Part shown: piece by piece, positions 58,017 to 64,000 of the stretch
Position numbering within the stretch: position 1 is the stretch's first letter
How the letters are laid out: every line of letters begins with the position of its first letter
Position numbers and translations under genes: made by a program
Notes under the pieces: model-generated
What the model was told of the DNA's origin: nothing
Databases searched by the model: none
Seen by the model: only the letters and a program-made list of their open reading frames with translations
From: a virus
Lineage: Duplodnaviria > Caudoviricetes
Length of the DNA: 64,000 nt
Strand: one strand, 5' to 3'
IMG/VR virus record: IMGVR_UViG_3300025706_000001
Span: 1-64,000 of that record

Positions 58017-58067
58017 ATCAAAAGTTCTTTCTGGCCTATTGTGTTGCCACTTTCATAGTCATTTATT

Positions 58068-59267
58068 TTAGGCTATCTCCAGTGCTTCCTGCTTCACAGA
58101 CCGCCCAACGGCAATCTCCACAGGCGTTAACCCTTGCGGATCGCTTCGGTCGGCAACCACCGCCCTAGCGTAGTTTTTAAGATTCAATGATGCGTTTACG
58201 TCTCTGTCGTGTACCGCACCACAATCGCACGTCCACTGACGAACCGATAGCGGCAACTTATCGCGTTTCAAGCCGCAAACGTTGCACGTTTTCGATGACG
58301 GAAACCATTGATCGGTAGCAACAACTGTTCCGCCACGCCACGCCGATTTATACTCGACTTGACGCCGAAATTCGCTCCATCCCGAATCGCTTATCGCCCG
58401 CGACAGATGTCGGTTTTTGAGCATCCCGGCAACGTGCAAGTCTTCAATTCCGATCAAACTGAAATTGGCCGTATAGTAATCACTTGCCTTGTGGATGAAG
58501 TCGGAGCGTTGGCAGGCGATATGGAAATGCAGCTTCGCAAGTTTGCCTGCTGACTTGCGACGGTTGTTTGATCCTTTCTGTTTGCGGGAATGACGGCGGG
58601 ACAGGCGACGCAATTTCTTCAATGAACGGCACAGTGGACGCGGCGGGTCAAGCCGAGAACCATCTGAACCAACACAGAAGTGAGATAGGCCCAAGTCGAT
58701 TCCAACCGCAGGCCCTTGGTTTTCAGGCACTACGATGTCTTCCTCGACCTGGACCGATACGAACCAGCGACCAGCACGCTGGCTGATTGTGGCGGAGTTG
58801 ATCTTGACGGTGGATGTTGGGATGTAGCCACAACGCATCAGGCGGACAAAACCAATTTTGGGAAGGCGTATGCGGTCATCACAAACAGTGACGACTTCAC
58901 CAGCAACACGATACTTCGGCGTTGACTTGTGTTTTGACTTGAACTTCGGAAAGCCGACCTTCTTACCGCTCTTGATACCTCTAAAGAAGTTCTTGAATGC
59001 CGCCTCGCAGTCTCGGATCGCTGCCTGATGCGACCACTTACTGACCGAGTTCGCCCACTCAAACTCGCCTCCAGGCCGCTTCTTCGCGTTGAACTCTGCG
59101 TCAACCTCGCGGTATGGCAGTGTCTTGCCTGTCTTTTCGTAGTGGGCGATTTTGCGTCCCAATGCGAAGTTGAAGGCAAATCGAGCCGTTCCACAATGCC
59201 GAGCCAGCGACTCCTGCTGCTCAGTTGTAGGTTGTAGCTCCGTCTTATAGGCTCGCTGGATCAACAT
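58068..59267 (-). mobile_element. tnpB: IS200/IS605(IS607)-family TnpB RNA-guided nuclease, no tnpA
   Basis: RAYKTEL, CGTARFAFN, GFPKFKSK, RuvC GIDLG / GIEDL / DRDVNASLN, PSSKTCNVCG; 3' end GCCTGTGGAG..GTGAAGCAGGAA typical of the omegaRNA region. Confidence 0.93.
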
Positions 59268-59373
59268 TGGACGCGAGTACGGAGCCCCGCCGCAGGTGTT
59301 AACAGAACGGCGGCAAGCAGCCGCAGAACTTACTGCGGGCGGGACGTGATCGAAATGTTCTGTTAACACCGTC

Positions 59374-59402
59374 ATCGTAGCATGACCTAAATCATCTGTC
59401 AA
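59374..59402 (-). promoter_or_regulatory. sigma70-type promoter upstream of tnpB
   Basis: TTGACA-17 nt-TACGAT with extended TG; followed by a 14-bp inverted repeat (59295-59308 / 59357-59370). Confidence 0.7.
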
Positions 59403-59460
59403 GCGATCAGTTGAGGTAGCTATCGACTGTGCGGAACTATTGGTTTAACGATCATTGGCG

Positions 59461-62400
59461 TTAGCTTTCGTAATAAGCCGCGTAGAGATTCGCTGCAAAT
59501 TCTCGCACTGCATTGATGTTGCTGACAGACGTAGCCGCTCTTTCCAGTCCTTTGTCCGCCTTGCCGCCGATCAGTTGCTCGGCTTCGCCGCCCTGTCCCA
59601 CCGCTCCTGAATCTCGCGGTCCCGCTCGTTCTCTTGTTTCCAGGTCTTGATCGGGCATTCCTTCGACTTCTGGGTCTTCTCCAGGGCCTTCTGAATCACG
59701 TCTTCCAGCGGCAGCTTTTGCGGCATCTTCACGTTCCTTCTGGGCTTGGTAATACTTGGTCGTGCGGTGGAATTTGAGCCAATCCTTGAATGGCATGGGC
59801 TTCGTCCCGCCGACTTTCAGGAAGTCAACGTAGTCGTCGTAGGTCTTGCGTTCACCGGGGGTCGGCGGCCGGTCGATGGTCTGGGCCAGGGTCAGGCTGG
59901 CGTGCTTTTCGATGAAACGCTTGTTTTGTTCGTGCCTTGGGTGAATGTCTGAGAAGTCGTACTTGGCGGCGTACTTACTCACCTGCTCGGCGATTCGCCC
60001 CTTGTCTGGCATTTCACTGAGCCACGCCCTGAACTGTTCTGATGTCATCGCGGTCGCAGGCCCAACTCGCCAGCCTGACGTGTAGGCAGAACGGTACAGG
60101 TCAACTGCTTCCTTTTTGCTGTTGCAGCCAATGATGACCTTCCATTCGTCAAACCTTCCACTCGGTGTTTCCTGGTCGATGACCACAACCAAGTCACTGG
60201 CTGGATTTGGGCCAATGAACACGTCGGGCTTGTCTCCGTCGCGGGCATCTTCACTGGCTTGATCGCCTACACGGGAGAAATATCCGTAGTGGGCGGGCAT
60301 CTCTGGCCATGCTGGGTTTCGCTTCTTGCCCTTGGGTGTCTCGATCTTGATGGTGAGGCCCTTCCAGGCAATTGTGGGCTTGGTGTAGTTCTCGGCCTCG
60401 ATCTGCGCCTTACTGGGTTCCTTCCATCCCTTCACTGCTTCGGCAATCTCGCCAGCAGTCATGGTGTAGCGTTCGGGGGTGCCGTCTTGGGTGTAACTCC
60501 GACGCTTGTATCCCTTGGGCGGCGGCCGGTGAGCCTCGCTTCCACCCCGTTTCCTGCGGCCAAGGTCCATACCCTCGAACAGCGGCTTTTGTTGGTCTTC
60601 CTCTCGTTGGATTTGGGGAAGGCCTGTCAGTTGACGCCACTCGTAAGGTTCGTCGAGTTGCGAACGGGCAATCTGGTCTCGATTGCTGGCAATCAGGTCT
60701 TCCATGCCTTCAGAGCCGATGTCGAACGGCAATTGTAGTTTCTCGACCTCGCCCTTGACGACCGCGCCAAGTGTGGCCATCTTCCCGGCGAGCAACTTGC
60801 GACCCCAGTCGTCAATCGGCGCGTTGGAGAAGAACCATGCCAACCTAGAATTGGACTTGCTGCTAAGCCGGATGGTTCGACTGACTGCCTGTACGTTTTG
60901 GTCGGCAGCAAGTGGTCCGGTCATCATAATGACAGTTCGTGGCCGATCACCGCGCAAGTCAGGAAGATCAACTCCTGTCCCGCCTGTTCCAAGAGTGGCC
61001 AACATGACCTGATGCTTTCCTTCTTGGAATCCTCTGATCGTGTCCCGATGCGGAACGGTAGAGCCGCCATGAAGATGCGCAATGCCGGAGATTCCGGCGC
61101 GAGCAAGAGCGTCTGCCAGCATCTTGATGGTCCCTTGGCTATAGTGAACCATCTCACCTGATTCACCTGTGACTTTGGACTCGTTGATCCGGTCAGCAAA
61201 GATGACAATTTGCCGATTGGGGTCATCGGCGAGTTCGTTTTGGACGTGCTCGATGATTGCCGGAATCTTGTAGGTTTCCTGGTGACGGCGCATCGCAAGA
61301 AGGGCACGCCCCTTGGCACCGCCAGTCATGTTTTTGATGCCTAATCCGTGGCTCAGATTGTCTTCCAAGTTGGCAAGCTCGTCGTAGGCGTAGTCCGGAA
61401 GTTCAACGGTCTTGAAGTGCGCCTCGGTGCCAGTGAGGTCAATCTCGTGCTTGACCATCAAACCTTCTTTGGTCATCCGGTTGAACAGGCCGTTTAACCG
61501 GCGATGCACTTCAATGCCGCCGATCTTTGGGTCAATCTTCCATTCTGACCATTGAGCGCCTGTTTCCTTGTCGGTGTGCCGACTTTCTTTCAGGCCAAGT
61601 TCCTTGTATGTCTCTTCTGGCGGGCGATTGCCGAACACCTTGGCGCGGAACATGTGAGCAATGTGCAGGGGTTTGTCGGCTGGGGTAGCCGTCGAGTACA
61701 TGACTGAATGCGCCTTATGTGCAGCTTCGTCCATGACATTCGACCGCATGGCAGTTTCGTTTTTGCCGGAATGGGATTCGTCAAACAAGATCACCGTGTC
61801 ATTATCGACGTGTTGAAGAAGCGACGGCAGCTTGTCATAGGTCGTAATGTAGCTGTTGCCGATTTCAGGGACTACTCGCTGGCCGTCCAGGAGTTTCGGC
61901 AGCGTTCCCGGCGCATCCGCATCCATGATGCTTCCGTCTTTGTGGAATGATCCGCCGTAGGTGAACATGTCCCAATTTGCACCAATGACCTGCTTGCGGG
62001 TGACGATGATGGCCTTCATGCCTTGATCGGCCCACATTTTGGCGGCAGCCAACTGGACGCGGCTGTTGTGCGTGACGATAAAGTCGTCCATGACATAGAG
62101 TCGAGACGGATGATCTATCGTGATGCACTGGCATTGTTTTTTTGCGACAAACTCAACATTGGTGATGTAGCGGGTTGGCGGGTACTTGCTTTTCGGAACA
62201 ACGCGAGCCACTTTTCGCTGAAGCCTAAATGGGACGATGCTGGGAGGCATTGCGATATTGACGATGTAACAGAGTTGACCGTACAGTCTTTGGCCGTTGT
62301 GTTGATACTTGGGGATTTTTGTTGTATGGGTTGCGATTCCGCCAAGCGACCTGACCAGAAAAATAACGCCATCCACAAGGGATTTTGACACAGAACAGTA

Positions 62401-64000
62401 GCTCACGCAGTATCCATTGGCAGATATTGTTCCGTCTGTATCCATCAGGCCCTGAAGGACCGCCAGTCGTTTCGTTGGTGAATTAAACAGATAGTCATCT
62501 GGAATGAACTTGTCGCGGGAACGCTTCCCAATGAGACCAAATGCCCTGAGCGATGAGACGAGTGGATTTGGAGTATGGGAATTTTTGATTATTTTTGTGA
62601 AGTAATAGGCTAGACTTGCTTCACTGCTTGCTCGCTTGAGTTGCATTCCTGGCGGACAGGAGATTGCCGCAGCGTCAGCGATCTCTTTGTCTGCTGTAGT
62701 GATGGAGACTGAAGAATGAGATACTAAGCATCCATCGCCAAGCAGTAATCCCATGAGATATGGGTCGATGGGAACCGGCTTGTCTGTGAATTGCACTGGA
62801 GACACAATCGGGATTTTGTGATTAAGTCTTTGGTCCTGCTTGGTTCGCACTGATTTCATGATTTCCAACAACGGCTTAACAGAGCCTTCTTTCCCAACCT
62901 TCCTGTTGCCGACCGTTTCAGTGAACCAAAGGTGCTCGTCGCACGTTTCAGCTGTTGCGCCGTCGCTCATGGTGATGCGGTATATGTCTCGAATTCCGCG
63001 AGGGTAAACGCCAGTAACCTCCGTTGGTGTACCATCCACTGAGATGATTGCGTCACCTACTTTCACGTCGCCCATTCGCTTCCAACCGTCTGGGGTTAGT
63101 AAAAGAGAATCAAGCGGTGCAGCTTTCCCGGTCCCAGGGCCAGATGCGTCTACGAACCCCCCATGAGTACGCATTGCCGTAAACGCCTTGGCGGTGCGTT
63201 GAAGCTGGTAATCCAACTTCACTGGCGATCCTGTCGCAGGGTCGATGGTTCCAGCATCTTCATAGGTCAGATGTCGTTGTAAGACCTCTGGAACGATCGA
63301 GGTATCGGCGGGATGGGTATATTCGGGTCGGGCCGTGCGAACGGATGGAGCGATCCAAGGCCGTCCAATATCGCTTCCCCCGTCAGGTACTCCAGATCCC
63401 AATCCTCCGGATTGTCCTGCTGACTCGTCTGTGTCTGATACTGATCCAAAGTCTGGTCCGTCATCGGGTCCACTTGGTTTCTCCTTTGGTGAAGGCATGA
63501 TTTGCGAACGAGGTGAGATGCGACGGGCTTCGTGCATCTCTTCGTCCGAGAACAGTGATTGTGGCTTTGGTGCTTCTGGCGGCAGGGTCTTTTCTCTGTC
63601 CTTTGCGCGGGGAACGGAAATTGTTCCTAGCGGCGAGGCTCCCGACTTCGCCTGCGACAATGGTTTCTGTACTGGCGGCTCGTAGAGCGGCTGATCTTCT
63701 GGCCTCGATGCTCCGCTTACTGGACGATCCAAAAGAGGTGTCGATGTTTTCTGTGGCAGCGGTGCTGCGGCCCTTGGCTGACTCTGCACCGGCGCATCGA
63801 ACATCGACAACTGCTTGGCTGCGTACTGCTCTGGTCGGTCAAGCTGGTACTCCCCCTTCTGCCCTTGCAAAGGGATCTTGTGCGCCTCGTGATTCCTATT
63901 CACGAACGTCAGACTGTCCACAATGACCGATTCGCCTTCCAAGCCGTCCCATCCAATCCATCGGTCTGCTGTCCCTGGCTGAACGTCGGCAACCCGCAGA
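59461..64000 (-). CDS. large polyvalent protein (open at the window edge): strawberry-notch-like SF2 helicase with intein plus InPase-like domain
   Basis: GPGTGK|S Walker A, VILFDESH, STATP, GGTGVDL; QIEAENYTK..IETPKG..HYGY..DGDKPDVFIG..FDEWKV InPase-like domain; frame stays open to 64000. Confidence 0.85.
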   Translation of the reverse strand, partial: LRVADVQPGTADRWIGWDGLEGESVIVDSLTFVNRNHEAHKIPLQGQKGEYQLDRPEQYAAKQLSMFDAPVQSQPRAAAPLPQKTSTPLLDRPVSGASRPEDQPLYEPPVQKPLSQAKSGASPLGTISVPRAKDREKTLPPEAPKPQSLFSDEEMHEARRISPRSQIMPSPKEKPSGPDDGPDFGSVSDTDESAGQSGGLGSGVPDGGSDIGRPWIAPSVRTARPEYTHPADTSIVPEVLQRHLTYEDAGTIDPATGSPVKLDYQLQRTAKAFTAMRTHGGFVDASGPGTGKAAPLDSLLLTPDGWKRMGDVKVGDAIISVDGTPTEVTGVYPRGIRDIYRITMSDGATAETCDEHLWFTETVGNRKVGKEGSVKPLLEIMKSVRTKQDQRLNHKIPIVSPVQFTDKPVPIDPYLMGLLLGDGCLVSHSSVSITTADKEIADAAAISCPPGMQLKRASSEASLAYYFTKIIKNSHTPNPLVSSLRAFGLIGKRSRDKFIPDDYLFNSPTKRLAVLQGLMDTDGTISANGYCVSYCSVSKSLVDGVIFLVRSLGGIATHTTKIPKYQHNGQRLYGQLCYIVNIAMPPSIVPFRLQRKVARVVPKSKYPPTRYITNVEFVAKKQCQCITIDHPSRLYVMDDFIVTHNSRVQLAAAKMWADQGMKAIIVTRKQVIGANWDMFTYGGSFHKDGSIMDADAPGTLPKLLDGQRVVPEIGNSYITTYDKLPSLLQHVDNDTVILFDESHSGKNETAMRSNVMDEAAHKAHSVMYSTATPADKPLHIAHMFRAKVFGNRPPEETYKELGLKESRHTDKETGAQWSEWKIDPKIGGIEVHRRLNGLFNRMTKEGLMVKHEIDLTGTEAHFKTVELPDYAYDELANLEDNLSHGLGIKNMTGGAKGRALLAMRRHQETYKIPAIIEHVQNELADDPNRQIVIFADRINESKVTGESGEMVHYSQGTIKMLADALARAGISGIAHLHGGSTVPHRDTIRGFQEGKHQVMLATLGTGGTGVDLPDLRGDRPRTVIMMTGPLAADQNVQAVSRTIRLSSKSNSRLAWFFSNAPIDDWGRKLLAGKMATLGAVVKGEVEKLQLPFDIGSEGMEDLIASNRDQIARSQLDEPYEWRQLTGLPQIQREEDQQKPLFEGMDLGRRKRGGSEAHRPPPKGYKRRSYTQDGTPERYTMTAGEIAEAVKGWKEPSKAQIEAENYTKPTIAWKGLTIKIETPKGKKRNPAWPEMPAHYGYFSRVGDQASEDARDGDKPDVFIGPNPASDLVVVIDQETPSGRFDEWKVIIGCNSKKEAVDLYRSAYTSGWRVGPATAMTSEQFRAWLSEMPDKGRIAEQVSKYAAKYDFSDIHPRHEQNKRFIEKHASLTLAQTIDRPPTPGERKTYDDYVDFLKVGGTKPMPFKDWLKFHRTTKYYQAQKEREDAAKAAAGRRDSEGPGEDPEVEGMPDQDLETRERAGPRDSGAVGQGGEAEQLIGGKADKGLERAATSVSNINAVREFAANLYAAYYES
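62065..63123 (-). mobile_element. class 3 intein (353 aa) with LAGLIDADG homing endonuclease
   Basis: starts Ala (AAPLDS), block B CDEHLW, block F QCITI, ends VTHN|S; LLLGDG and LMDTDG motifs; inserted in the P-loop. Confidence 0.9.

Noticed and set aside
58019-58067. TnpB guide targeting the CAGAAAGAACTTTTG repeats
   Set aside because: The element's right end cannot be defined by eye, so the overlap with the motif may be coincidental
1-64000. CRISPR array, rRNA, integrase, reverse transcriptase/DGR, portal
   Set aside because: No regularly spaced repeats or diagnostic motifs seen; portal and lysogeny genes may lie outside the window

Overview
This is a 64 kb segment of a large tailed (siphovirus-like) bacteriophage or prophage, with nearly all genes on the minus strand. 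A Planctomycetota host is inferred from the SSB and CsrA sequence style and the Cys-rich structural proteins; it is not established. Right to left the window holds: (1) very large, low-complexity 'polyvalent' proteins (an SF2 helicase with an intein, and InPase-, ParB- and sigma-like domains) with two solo tnpB genes among them; (2) a Mu-like prohead protease/scaffold, a capsid decoration protein, the major capsid protein, a head-tail connector, two paralogous tail-tube-like genes, frameshifted tail chaperones, a Pro-rich protein in the tape-measure position and tail proteins; (3) a ~14 kb glycan module (glycosyl-, methyl- and sulfotransferases, GalE and a nearly complete NDP-heptose pathway); (4) a primase-like gene and an inverted large terminase; (5) small early-type genes (SSB, CsrA, MazG-like). 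The most unusual signals are: (a) a ~340-nt structured RNA made of two long arms, each capped by a circularly permuted tRNA fold, directly behind an uncharacterised 241-aa gene; (b) a tRNA-like RNA with a ~90-nt variable arm next to a CCA/poly(A)-polymerase-like nucleotidyltransferase; (c) head-module polyproteins sharing an AYY motif, [ED][KRQ]Y sites also present in the protease/scaffold, and repeated clamp-binding-like QxSLF motifs; (d) a catalytically altered paralogue of the prohead protease 42 kb away. All product calls come from motif recognition by eye, not from database searches.
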